DNA of 32,092 nucleotides, taken from the NCBI GenBank assembly GCA_964453345.1, contig CAYVOC010000015.1, positions 2,433 to 34,524 of the forward strand. The letters run 5' to 3'. A model generated the notes under the pieces. It made no database searches. It worked only from the letters and a program-made list of their open reading frames with translations, and had not been told where the DNA came from. Source of the DNA: an uncultured Aquificales bacterium. Its GTDB lineage: Bacteria; Thermosulfidibacterota; Thermosulfidibacteria; Thermosulfidibacterales; Thermosulfidibacteraceae. Shown piece by piece: positions 1 to 8,295 of this stretch; the first letter of the stretch is position 1, and every line of letters starts with the position of its first letter. The position numbers were made by a program, and so were the translations under genes.

Positions 1-80
1 CTATTCAAGGCCCTTGCGTGTGCCTCCTCCAGCCTGGAAAGCGCCCTTTCAAGATCGGAAAGAAGCCTTTTCACAGCCAT
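1..80 (-). CDS. Partial (5' end only) HEPN / nucleotidyltransferase substrate-binding protein, HI0074-like; putative toxin of an MNT-HEPN pair
   Basis: Not in the ORF track. Manual translation from ATG at 80 gives MAVKRLLSDLERALSRLEEAHARALN..., open to the window edge. The amphipathic helix resembles HI0074-family N-termini. The start overlaps the MNT gene's 3' end by 10 nt. The catalytic RX4-6H motif would lie outside the window. Confidence 0.65.
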   Translation of the reverse strand, partial: MAVKRLLSDLERALSRLEEAHARALN

Positions 81-367
81 CTCACCCCTTCCCTCAGAAC
101 CACCTCAAGAAGCTCTTTGCTTTCTTTGAGGTTCACCAGATCTACCTTATATGGGAAGTTGCTTTCATCCAGGATTTCCCTGAGAAGGGTCAATCTGCCC
201 GAGATATCTTCATCGGAAAGGAAGGCCAGATCCACATCAGAAAAGGGCATGTGATCGCCCCTTGCCCTCGAGCCGAACAGATAGACTTTAACATCACTAT
301 CCTTAAACAGCTCACCTATGAGTTTCTTCAGATCCTCTATGCTTCTTATGTTTTCTGGATGCTTCAT
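71..367 (-). CDS. Minimal nucleotidyltransferase (MNT) domain protein, putative antitoxin
   Basis: ~98 aa with VYLFGSRARGDHMPFSDVDLA (GSX10DXD motif) and a downstream KVDLV. ATG at 367 (alternative TTG at 370). Confidence 0.9.
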   Translation of the reverse strand: MKHPENIRSIEDLKKLIGELFKDSDVKVYLFGSRARGDHMPFSDVDLAFLSDEDISGRLTLLREILDESNFPYKVDLVNLKESKELLEVVLREGVRWL

Positions 368-962
368 CAAGAATCCTTTCGAATACCTCCTTGGTCTTTC
401 TCTCGAGCTCTTTCAGATCGCCTGTATTATCGATGACGAAGTCCGCAAGGGACCTCTTTTCTTCTATCGGCATCTGGCTTTTTATTCTGGAGATGGCCTC
501 GTCCCTGCTGAGTCCGTCCCTCTTCATCAGTCTCTTCAGCTGCTCTTCCAAGGGGGCATAGACCACAACGGTGTAGTCCATGTTCCTGTCAAGTCCCTTT
601 TCAAAGAGCAGGGGCACCTCTATGACAACCACGGGGTGTCCTTCGCCCTCAAGCCGGGACAGCTCCTGCCTCAGCTTGGAGGTTATGAGGGGATGCAGGA
701 TGGATTCGAGCCTTTTCAGCTTTTCTCTATCCGAAAAGACCATTCTTCCCAGAAGCGCCCTGTTCACGGTTCCGTCCGGATTGAGGATGCCTTCACCAAA
801 GGCCTCCACCAGCTTGCGATGGCCTTCCGTTCCCGGTTCAACCACCTCTCTTGCTATTCTGTCGGTATCAATCACGGGAATTCCCATGGACTTTACAATC
901 TTAGCAACGGTGCTCTTTCCCGTGGCTATGCCGCCGGTAAGGCCCACCTTTACCATTATCAC
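312..962 (-). CDS. coaE: Dephospho-CoA kinase
   Basis: VGLTGGIATGKST P-loop, LESILHP, EVPLLFE and SQMP motifs; classic polA-coaE order. GTG start overlaps the polA stop (GTGA); alternative ATG at 956. Confidence 0.97.
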   Translation of the reverse strand: MIMVKVGLTGGIATGKSTVAKIVKSMGIPVIDTDRIAREVVEPGTEGHRKLVEAFGEGILNPDGTVNRALLGRMVFSDREKLKRLESILHPLITSKLRQELSRLEGEGHPVVVIEVPLLFEKGLDRNMDYTVVVYAPLEEQLKRLMKRDGLSRDEAISRIKSQMPIEEKRSLADFVIDNTGDLKELERKTKEVFERILDEASRKHKKHRGSEETHR

Positions 963-3595
963 GCCCAGCTCTTTCCTATCTTCAGGTCAACCCTGAGGGG
1001 AACCCCAAGCTGCGGAGCCACCCCCTCCATTATCTCCTTTACCCTTGCGGCAAAGTCCTCCGCCTCCTCTTCCCTCACTTCAAAGACGAGCTCATCGTGA
1101 ACCTGTAGTATCATGTGGGCGTCGCAACCGGTATTTTTTATAAAGCGGTGGCACTCTATCATGGCAAGCTTTATTATGTCAGCGGCCGTTCCCTGTATGG
1201 GCGTGTTGACGGCAACTCTTTTACCGAACTCCCTCTCGTCCCTTTTGGGGCTGAAAAGCTCCGGAACGGGTCTTTTCCTTCCGAAGAGGGTCTTCACCTG
1301 TCCCGTCTCCTGGGCTTCCCTGATGCAGCGCTCTATGAACTCGACCACCTTAGGATAGCGGGAGAAGTAGAGGTCTATGTATCGCTGGGCCTCCTCAACC
1401 GGAATCTTCAGCTCCTTTGACAGCCCGTAGGCGCTCATGCCGTAGATTATGCCAAAGTTCACAACCTTGGCCTTTCTGCGCATGTTCCCGTCAACCCTGT
1501 CGGGATCCACGCCGAATATTTCACAGGCGGTTCTGGTGTGTATGTCCTCCCCCTTTACAAAGGCCTCCTTCAGCTTGGGTTCGTCCGCAAGCGCAGCAAG
1601 GATCCTCAGCTCTATCTGGGAGTAGTCCGCGGACACCAGAAGGTATCCTTCTTCTGCCACAAAGGCATCCCTTATGAGTTTGCCCAGCTCGCTTCTTATG
1701 GGGATGTTCTGCAGATTCGGATTCTTTGAGGAGAGCCTTCCCGTTGCCGTTGACGTCTGGCTGTAGGAGGTGTGGACCCGGCCCGTAAGGGGGTGAATCT
1801 GCTTTATCAACCCATCTATGTAGGTGGACTTGAGCTTCGCAAGCTGCCTGTATTCAAGGATCTTTTCGGGAAGGGGGTGCTCTAAAGCCAGCTCCTCCAG
1901 AACCTCTGTGCTGGTGGAGTAGCCCGTTTTTGTTTTCTTTCGCGGTTTGAGCTTCAGCTTTTCAAAGAGTATCCTTGAAAGTTGCCTCGGGGAGTTTATG
2001 TTGAATTCCTCCCCGGCGAGCCTGTAGATCTCTTTCTCCAGCTCCTCAAGCCTTAAGGAGATGTATTTGCCAAGGGACTCAAGCCTTTCCCTGTCCACCT
2101 TTACGCCTCTCAGCTCCATGTGGGCGAGCACATGAACCAGGGGCATCTCTATCTTCCAGAAGAGATCGCTCAATCCCTCTTCCTCAAGCCTCTTTTCTAA
2201 TATCTCCTTCAGTCTCAGGGTGATGTCCGCATCCTCACAGGCGTATCTGCACGCCTCCTCCGGGGACAGTCGGGAAAAGTCGGCATCGGGCACAAGGGAT
2301 GTGGCCTCCTTATAGCTGATCATCCTGTATCCCAAGTGTTCAAGGGCAAGCTCATCCAGCCCGTGTCTCTTTTTCAGGGGATTTATGAGGTAGGATGCGA
2401 TCATTGTGTCAAATATGGGGGGCTTAACCTCAACACCGTATTTTTGCAATACGCACATGTCATACTTTACGTTCTGCGCCACCTTGACCGCATCAGATAC
2501 AAGCCGCTCCGAGAGCGCCTTTAGAACCTCATCCTTGGGCAGGTTGTTGCCCCCAAGGTGTCCCACAGGGATGTAAAGTCCGCTGCCCTCCCCATTGGAA
2601 AGGGCAATCCCCACAAGCTCCGCCTCTATGGGATCAAGGCTTGTGGTCTCCACGTCGAAGGCGAAGGTCCCGGATGCAAGATACTCTCGCACATCGCCCA
2701 TATCCTCGGCCACCCTGTAGGAACCCTCAAGGTGCTTCGTCGTCTCCTCGGGAAGTTCCTTAAGAAGGCTTGAAAACTCCAAGGTGGTGTAGAGCCTCCT
2801 CAGTCCGGTGTAGTCCGGTTCCAATACCTTGAAGGTGTCAGGCGTAAACTCCAGGGGCAGATCGGTTCTTATTCTGGCAAGCTGATAGCTGAGTTCCGCA
2901 AGCTCCTTTCCTTCCGCAAGCCTTTTTTTCATGGAGGCGGGAAGAGCGTCGAGCCGTTTGAATATGGTTTCAAGATCCCCGAATCTGGATATTATTTCTC
3001 TTGCCCTTTTAGGCCCCACCCCCCTGACCCCCGGTATGTTGTCCGACTGATCACCCACAAGGGCCAGATAGGTGGGGATCAGCTCCGGGGCGACCCCGAA
3101 CTTTTCCAAAACTTCCTTCGGCGTGTAAAGCCTTTCATTCATGGGATCAAAGAGATGAATTCTGTCTGTCACGAGCTGGGCGAGATCCTTGTCCGGGGAG
3201 ACAATGAGCACGTGCCAACCGGCTTCTTCCGCCTTCTTGGAGATGGTTCCTATGACGTCGTCCGCCTCAAATCCCTCCATCTCAAGCCTCGGAATACCCA
3301 TAAGTTCCACAAGCCTCTTTATGTAGGGTAGCTGAAGGGAAAGATCCGCAGGCATCTTGGGCCTGTGAGCCTTGTATTCCTTATACTTTTCGGTTCTGAA
3401 GGTTTTCCTTCCCACATCAAAGACCACCGCCATGTGGGTGGGGGAGAAGTCCTTCACAAGCCTGTTTAGCATTCTGGCGAACCCGTATATGGCGTTGGTG
3501 GGAAGGCCCGTGCTGTTTGAGAGATAGGGCAGGGCAAAGAAGGCCCGGTATATATAGGAGGAGCCGTCCACCAGAATCAGTCTATTTGATCCCAT
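959..3595 (-). CDS. polA: DNA polymerase I (5'-3' exonuclease, 3'-5' exonuclease and polymerase domains)
   Basis: LVDGSSYIYRAFFA, EADD and GDQSDNIPGV (5' nuclease); FDVETT, QNVKYD and YACED (Exo I-III); DYSQIELR, KVVNFGIIYG and VHDE (polymerase motifs A, B, C). Confidence 0.99.
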   Translation of the reverse strand: MGSNRLILVDGSSYIYRAFFALPYLSNSTGLPTNAIYGFARMLNRLVKDFSPTHMAVVFDVGRKTFRTEKYKEYKAHRPKMPADLSLQLPYIKRLVELMGIPRLEMEGFEADDVIGTISKKAEEAGWHVLIVSPDKDLAQLVTDRIHLFDPMNERLYTPKEVLEKFGVAPELIPTYLALVGDQSDNIPGVRGVGPKRAREIISRFGDLETIFKRLDALPASMKKRLAEGKELAELSYQLARIRTDLPLEFTPDTFKVLEPDYTGLRRLYTTLEFSSLLKELPEETTKHLEGSYRVAEDMGDVREYLASGTFAFDVETTSLDPIEAELVGIALSNGEGSGLYIPVGHLGGNNLPKDEVLKALSERLVSDAVKVAQNVKYDMCVLQKYGVEVKPPIFDTMIASYLINPLKKRHGLDELALEHLGYRMISYKEATSLVPDADFSRLSPEEACRYACEDADITLRLKEILEKRLEEEGLSDLFWKIEMPLVHVLAHMELRGVKVDRERLESLGKYISLRLEELEKEIYRLAGEEFNINSPRQLSRILFEKLKLKPRKKTKTGYSTSTEVLEELALEHPLPEKILEYRQLAKLKSTYIDGLIKQIHPLTGRVHTSYSQTSTATGRLSSKNPNLQNIPIRSELGKLIRDAFVAEEGYLLVSADYSQIELRILAALADEPKLKEAFVKGEDIHTRTACEIFGVDPDRVDGNMRRKAKVVNFGIIYGMSAYGLSKELKIPVEEAQRYIDLYFSRYPKVVEFIERCIREAQETGQVKTLFGRKRPVPELFSPKRDEREFGKRVAVNTPIQGTAADIIKLAMIECHRFIKNTGCDAHMILQVHDELVFEVREEEAEDFAARVKEIMEGVAPQLGVPLRVDLKIGKSWA

Positions 3596-4010
3596 CCTGC
3601 AGAGGCGCCTTGGTTCCCACCCTTATGGTCACCGTGAGTTCACCGGATCCCTTTACCTCAATGTTGCAGGAGCTGTCTGCGGAATCAAAGAAGAGGGATG
3701 CCTGATCCTTGTATATGAAGCTGGATACAAGCTCCCATCCCTCCTCAATCATCTTTCTTTTATAGAAGTCCACCGCATCCTTGAGGGTTCCGGAGGCCCG
3801 GTAGGTTATCACGGCCGCCTTTATGTTGCCGGACTCGTATATGAAGGTGTTGTCAAGATCGTATTTTGCCCCCGGAAAGACGGGGATGTTGCTCAGTATC
3901 TTCTGGATCTTCACTATCTTTTTGTTCTTGGGCGAGTTCTTCAAGGCCGTGCTTGTTGTGCCGGTGCAGGCAAGAAGGAAAACCAGAAGCGCAACGGCAA
4001 GTCTCTTCAT
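3582..4010 (-). CDS. Putative lipoprotein of unknown function
   Basis: Start reassigned to ATG 4010 (RBS GGAGG upstream). MKRLAVALLVFLLAC is a signal peptide with a lipobox Cys. Contains IPVFPGA...DFYKRKMIEEGW. Overlaps the polA start by 14 nt. Confidence 0.75.
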   Translation of the reverse strand: MKRLAVALLVFLLACTGTTSTALKNSPKNKKIVKIQKILSNIPVFPGAKYDLDNTFIYESGNIKAAVITYRASGTLKDAVDFYKRKMIEEGWELVSSFIYKDQASLFFDSADSSCNIEVKGSGELTVTIRVGTKAPLQDGIK

Positions 4011-4030
4011 CGCCAACCTCCAAACACCTT

Positions 4031-4948
4031 TCATGGATTGATACCGAGAAGGAACAGCATGATGGCCTTCTGCATGTGGAGCCTGTTCTCCGCCTGATCC
4101 CACACCACGGATCTCTCACCGTCTATGACCCCGTCGGTCACCTCCTCGCCTCTGTGAGCGGGAAGACAGTGCATGAAGATGGCCTTCGGCGCAAGGGAGA
4201 TAAGTGCTTCGTCAACCCTGAAGGGTTCAAAGACCCTTAGTCTCTGTTCCCTTTCCTCTTCTTGCCCCATGCTGCACCAGACGTCGGTGTAGATGACGTC
4301 TGCCCCTTCAACATCCTTCTGGGGGTTGTGGGAAATCTTGACCTTGGCCCCCTCCGCAATGGCGGCTTCAAGCACGGATCTGTCCGGCTCGTAGCCCTCG
4401 GGACAGCTTACAATCACCTCTATGTTCAGCCTTGTTGCGGCGTTTATCCAGGAGTTGGCCATGTTGTTGCCGTCTCCCACAAAGACGAGTTTGAAATCCT
4501 CGTAGCGGCCCAGCTTTTCGTATACGGTCAAAAGATCCGCAAGGACCTGACAGGGGTGAAGCAGATCGGAAAGCCCGTTTATCACAGGGACACAGGAATT
4601 CTGGGCAAACCTTTCGAGGGTTTCATGGCGGAACACCCTCAAAACCACAAGATCAACGTATCTTGAGAGGACCCTCGCCGTATCCTCTATGGTCTCTCCC
4701 CTTCCCAGCTGCGTCTCCTTGGGACTCATGAAGATCACGCCGCCGCCGAGCTGATACATGCCGGCTTCAAAGGAGACCCTGGTTCTGGTTGAGGGCTTTT
4801 CAAAAAGCATGGCCAAGGTTCTGCCCTTCAAGGGGAGGTAGGGAAGGCCCAGACTGTGGCGTTTTTTAAGCATTACGGCATCCTCTATGAGCCGGATCAC
4901 CTCTTCCCTTGTGAGATCCCTTATGGAGAGAAGGTCCCTTTTACCCAT
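4031..4948 (-). CDS. argF: Ornithine carbamoyltransferase
   Basis: FEKPSTRTRVSF, HPCQ, DVWCSMGQE (SMG loop) and FMHCLP motifs; RBS GAGGGGTG. Confidence 0.97.
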   Translation of the reverse strand: MGKRDLLSIRDLTREEVIRLIEDAVMLKKRHSLGLPYLPLKGRTLAMLFEKPSTRTRVSFEAGMYQLGGGVIFMSPKETQLGRGETIEDTARVLSRYVDLVVLRVFRHETLERFAQNSCVPVINGLSDLLHPCQVLADLLTVYEKLGRYEDFKLVFVGDGNNMANSWINAATRLNIEVIVSCPEGYEPDRSVLEAAIAEGAKVKISHNPQKDVEGADVIYTDVWCSMGQEEEREQRLRVFEPFRVDEALISLAPKAIFMHCLPAHRGEEVTDGVIDGERSVVWDQAENRLHMQKAIMLFLLGINP

Positions 4949-4994
4949 ATCACCCCTCTGGAACTTGCTTGATGTTAGAGCTATTATTCAGAAT
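4949..4994. promoter_or_regulatory. 46-nt divergent promoter region argF/argA with a -10-like TATTAT and an ARG-box-like site
   Basis: TATTAT at 4982-4987, 7 nt before ATG 4995. Minus-strand TCTGAATAATAGCTCTAA (4992-4975) matches TNTGAATWWWWATTCANW at 15 of 18 positions. Confidence 0.45.
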
Positions 4995-5447
4995 ATGGTT
5001 AGAAAAGCAAGACTGAGGGACGTTTCGGGTATATTTGAGCTGCTGAGGTTGTATGCTAAGGAAGGCCTGGTCCTTCCCATGAGCATGGGCAGCATATGCG
5101 AAAGGATAAGGGAGTTCTGCGTGTTTGAGCAAAACGGCAGGGTTGCGGGATGCGCCGCCCTCAGGATCTTCACCGAGCACCTGGGTGAGGTGAGATCCGT
5201 TGCGGTGGCTCCCGATTGCAGGGGCAGAGGAACAGGCAGAAGACTTGTGGAGTTCTGCCTTAATGAGGCCAAGGAGCTTGGGCTGAAGGAGGTGTTTGTG
5301 CTCACCAAAAACCCAGCCTTCTTTTCTAAGTGTGGATTTGAGGAGATTGACAAAAGCAGGCTTCCCCACAAGGTCTGGAAGGACTGCATGATGTGCCCCA
5401 GATTCCCGGAGTGCGATGAAGTGGCCATGATCATAAAGATAGATTAA
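4995..5447 (+). CDS. argA: GNAT N-acetyltransferase, short ArgA-type (probable N-acetylglutamate synthase)
   Basis: Start reassigned to ATG 4995 ([10 protein letters not shown]). [14 protein letters not shown] acetyl-CoA motif, VFVLT and C-terminal [20 protein letters not shown] are typical of this family; divergent from argF. Confidence 0.8.
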   Translation: MVRKARLRDVSGIFELLRLYAKEGLVLPMSMGSICERIREFCVFEQNGRVAGCAALRIFTEHLGEVRSVAVAPDCRGRGTGRRLVEFCLNEAKELGLKEVFVLTKNPAFFSKCGFEEIDKSRLPHKVWKDCMMCPRFPECDEVAMIIKID

Positions 5448-5460
5448 GGAGGTTTTTCCA

Positions 5461-6786
5461 ATGGAGTATCACGTGAAGGATCTCTCCCTTGCGGAGAAGG
5501 GCAAAAACAGGATCGAGTGGGCCGGGATGGACATGCCGGTGCTTCGTCTCATCGGGGAGAAGTTTGAGAAGGATCAGCCATTAAAGGGAGTGAGAATTGC
5601 TGCGTGTCTTCATGTAACCACGGAGACGGCAAATCTCGCCATAACCCTCAAGAAGGGAGGAGCGGAGGTCTATCTTTGCGCCTCGAATCCCCTGTCCACC
5701 CAGGACGATGTTGCGGCAAGCCTGGTAAAGGACTTCGGCATCCCGGTCTTCGCCGTCAGGGGAGAGGACAGGGAGACCTACTACATGCACATATGGGAGT
5801 GTCTGAAGCGCAGGCCCCACATAGTTATGGACGACGGGGCGGATCTGACATCCACCCTGCACATGATAGCCTCCGGCGACGATAAGGGGCTTGCGGATCC
5901 GGTGAGGAAGGGACTTGAGGAGATGGGAGAGGAGTTTCGAGGGGAACTTGTTTCCAACGTCATAGGCGGGACGGAGGAGACCACAACCGGGGTGATAAGG
6001 CTGAGGAGCTTGGAAAAGGAGGGCAGGCTCAGGTATCCGGTGATAGCGGTAAACGACGCATACACCAAGCATCTGTTCGACAACAGATACGGCACAGGGC
6101 AGAGCACCATAGACGGTATCCTGAGGGCGACCAACAGGCTCATCGCCGGCTCCTATTTTGTCGTGTGCGGCTACGGATGGTGCGGAAGGGGTGTCGCCAT
6201 GAGGGCCGCCGGCATGGGGGCGAGGGTGATAGTCTGCGAGGTTGATCCCATAAGGGCCCTTGAGGCGGTGATGGACGGATACCTGGTTATGCCCATAGCG
6301 GAGGCGGCAAAGATAGGGGACTTCTTCGTCACGGTCACAGGGGACATCGCCGTTTTGAGAAGGGAGCACTTCGAGGTTATGAAGGACGGGGCCATCCTTG
6401 CCAACTCCGGCCACTTTGATGTTGAGATAGATAAGAAGGGGCTTGAGGAGCTGGCGGTTTCGGTGAGGGAGGTTAGGGATAACGTAAGGGAATACACCCT
6501 CAAAAATGGCAAAAGAATCTATCTTCTGGGGGATGGAAGACTGGTCAACTTAGTGGCTGCCGAGGGCCATCCGGCGGCTGTTATGGACATGAGCTTCGCC
6601 AATCAGGCCCTTTCGGCGGCTTTTTTGGCGCAGAAGGGTAGGGAGCTTGAGCGGAAGGTTTACCCTGTGCCGGAGGAGATAGACAGGGAGGTGGCGAGGC
6701 TCAAGCTGAAGAGCCTCAACATAGAGATAGACGAACTGACTGAAGAGCAGAAAAGGTATCTGGCGTCGTGGGAGATGGGAACCTGA
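5461..6786 (+). CDS. ahcY: Adenosylhomocysteinase
   Basis: [50 protein letters not shown] and [21 protein letters not shown]. Confidence 0.99.
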   Translation: MEYHVKDLSLAEKGKNRIEWAGMDMPVLRLIGEKFEKDQPLKGVRIAACLHVTTETANLAITLKKGGAEVYLCASNPLSTQDDVAASLVKDFGIPVFAVRGEDRETYYMHIWECLKRRPHIVMDDGADLTSTLHMIASGDDKGLADPVRKGLEEMGEEFRGELVSNVIGGTEETTTGVIRLRSLEKEGRLRYPVIAVNDAYTKHLFDNRYGTGQSTIDGILRATNRLIAGSYFVVCGYGWCGRGVAMRAAGMGARVIVCEVDPIRALEAVMDGYLVMPIAEAAKIGDFFVTVTGDIAVLRREHFEVMKDGAILANSGHFDVEIDKKGLEELAVSVREVRDNVREYTLKNGKRIYLLGDGRLVNLVAAEGHPAAVMDMSFANQALSAAFLAQKGRELERKVYPVPEEIDREVARLKLKSLNIEIDELTEEQKRYLASWEMGT

Positions 6787-7775
6787 TGATAGGAGTTGTT
6801 GGAGCGGGATCCTGGGGAACGGCGGTTGCAAATCTTCTGGCGAAGAGGGGCTACCCGGTTGTTATATGGTGCAGGGAGAAGGAGGTGGCCGAGTCCATAA
6901 ACACCTTCAGGGAGAACAGGCTCTTTCTCAAGGGCGTCAGACTCGATTCGGGAATCAGGGCAACTAATCATCTTTCCGATCTTTCCGATGCGGAGGTGCT
7001 GATCAACGCCGTTCCCGTTCAGTTTATAAGGAGCGTGTGGGAGAATTTAACCGTAGATGGCGCCGATCTTGTGGTGAACCTGTCAAAGGGAATTGAGGTT
7101 GCAACCGGAAAGAGGGTCTCCCAGGTGCTTGGGGATTTCGGAGTGGACGCCTCCAGATACGCCGTGCTGTCGGGTCCCTCCTTCGCCCTTGAGGTCGCCC
7201 ATGGAAAACCCACCGCTGTCACCGTGGCGGCCGAGGACGAGAAGCTTGCCAAAAGAGCAATGTCCCTATTTAACTCGGACGCCTTCAGGGTCTATGCCCA
7301 CACGGATGTTGTGGGGGTTGAGATAGCGGGTGCTCTGAAGAACGTTATGGCCATAGCCTCCGGTATAAGCGACGGGCTGGGTTTAGGGTTGAACGCCAGG
7401 GCGTCCCTGATCAACAGGGGACTTGTTGAGATGGCGAGGCTGGGGGTGGCCTTAGGGGCACAGCTGCAGACCTTCTGGGGGCTTGCGGGCATGGGGGATC
7501 TTGTTCTCACCTGCACCGGTGATCTGAGCAGGAACAGAAGACTCGGCCTCAGGATAGGGAAGGGGGAGCGGCTTGAGGAGATTCTGGCATCAACGAGGGA
7601 GGTAGTTGAGGGGGTTGAGACGGTCCGTGCGGTTGTGGCCATTGCCCGGGATCTGGGGGTTGAAATGCCCATATCCTTTGAGGTTTACAGCATACTGTTT
7701 GAGGGAAAGGACCCTCTGAAAAGCGTGAAAGATCTGTTGAACAGGGAGCCGAAGTTTGAGTTCGGTAAAGGTTAA
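6786..7775 (+). CDS. gpsA: NAD(P)H-dependent glycerol-3-phosphate dehydrogenase
   Basis: ATG 6786 in a TGATG overlap; GAGSWGTA, SKGIE, LSGPSFA, GALKNV and GDLVLTC...SRN. Confidence 0.98.
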   Translation: MIGVVGAGSWGTAVANLLAKRGYPVVIWCREKEVAESINTFRENRLFLKGVRLDSGIRATNHLSDLSDAEVLINAVPVQFIRSVWENLTVDGADLVVNLSKGIEVATGKRVSQVLGDFGVDASRYAVLSGPSFALEVAHGKPTAVTVAAEDEKLAKRAMSLFNSDAFRVYAHTDVVGVEIAGALKNVMAIASGISDGLGLGLNARASLINRGLVEMARLGVALGAQLQTFWGLAGMGDLVLTCTGDLSRNRRLGLRIGKGERLEEILASTREVVEGVETVRAVVAIARDLGVEMPISFEVYSILFEGKDPLKSVKDLLNREPKFEFGKG

Positions 7776-8295
7776 AGGAATACCAAACCTCATAACCTTG
7801 GGAAGGCTGATTGCAGCTATACTTGTGGTGATTCTGGTGTCCATAGAAGGGACCGCCAGAACAGTAGGAGGTGTGCTCTTTCTCGCGGCCTCCCTCTCGG
7901 ATATGGCGGATGGATACATTGCAAGATCGACAGGGCAGGTGACTGAGATAGGCAAGCTTGCGGATCCTGTGGCGGATAAAATTCTGCTTCTGTCGGGTGT
8001 TCTTCCCCTGGTGAGGCACGGTGAAGTTTCCCCCTTTTTGGCGCTCGTCATCTTTTCGAGGGAGTTCGCCGTTATGGGGCTGAGGTGCGTGGCCGCCGCA
8101 AGGGGGAAGGTTCTGGAGGCCGATGTTGGGGGGAAGCTAAAAACGGCCCTGTATACCGTGGCCGTTACCGCCCTGATATTTGGTGCGGATCTTTTCGGCC
8201 TATACACCCTTTACATTGGGGTGGTAATTTCTGTATTGTCTGCATTCAACTATTTTAGGAAGAACTTAAGTCTTTTAACCGAAGGAGGTGTGTGA
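7756..8295 (+). CDS. pgsA: CDP-alcohol phosphatidyltransferase, PgsA-like
   Basis: IPNLITLGR and DMADGYIAR...[10 protein letters not shown] signature; GKLKT; hydrophobic. TTG start preceded by AGGGAG. Acceptor specificity is inferred. Confidence 0.85.
   Translation: MSSVKVKGIPNLITLGRLIAAILVVILVSIEGTARTVGGVLFLAASLSDMADGYIARSTGQVTEIGKLADPVADKILLLSGVLPLVRHGEVSPFLALVIFSREFAVMGLRCVAAARGKVLEADVGGKLKTALYTVAVTALIFGADLFGLYTLYIGVVISVLSAFNYFRKNLSLLTEGGV

Noticed and set aside
318..1100. Long opposite-strand or alternate-frame ORFs (also 5581-6414, 8250-9071, 10203-10958, 12962-13846, 22165-22851 and others)
   Set aside because: They lie antisense to well-supported genes, show no recognisable motifs and are expected shadows of biased codon usage.
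4887..4994. Extended N-termini in the ORF track (argA 4887, lipoprotein 4103, CLC 15931, FliK-like 29361, bioD 29986, trmI 29968, MBL 31047)
   Set aside because: They run into neighbouring genes or promoters; downstream starts fit family N-termini and/or RBS spacing better.
5448..5460. SAH riboswitch before ahcY or SAM riboswitch before metK
   Set aside because: The gap is 13 nt before ahcY and metK overlaps pgsA, so there is no room and no motif was seen.
6972..6989. Tandem repeat CTTTCCGAT x2 in gpsA
   Set aside because: An in-frame 9-nt duplication encoding LSD-LSD; too short to be meaningful.
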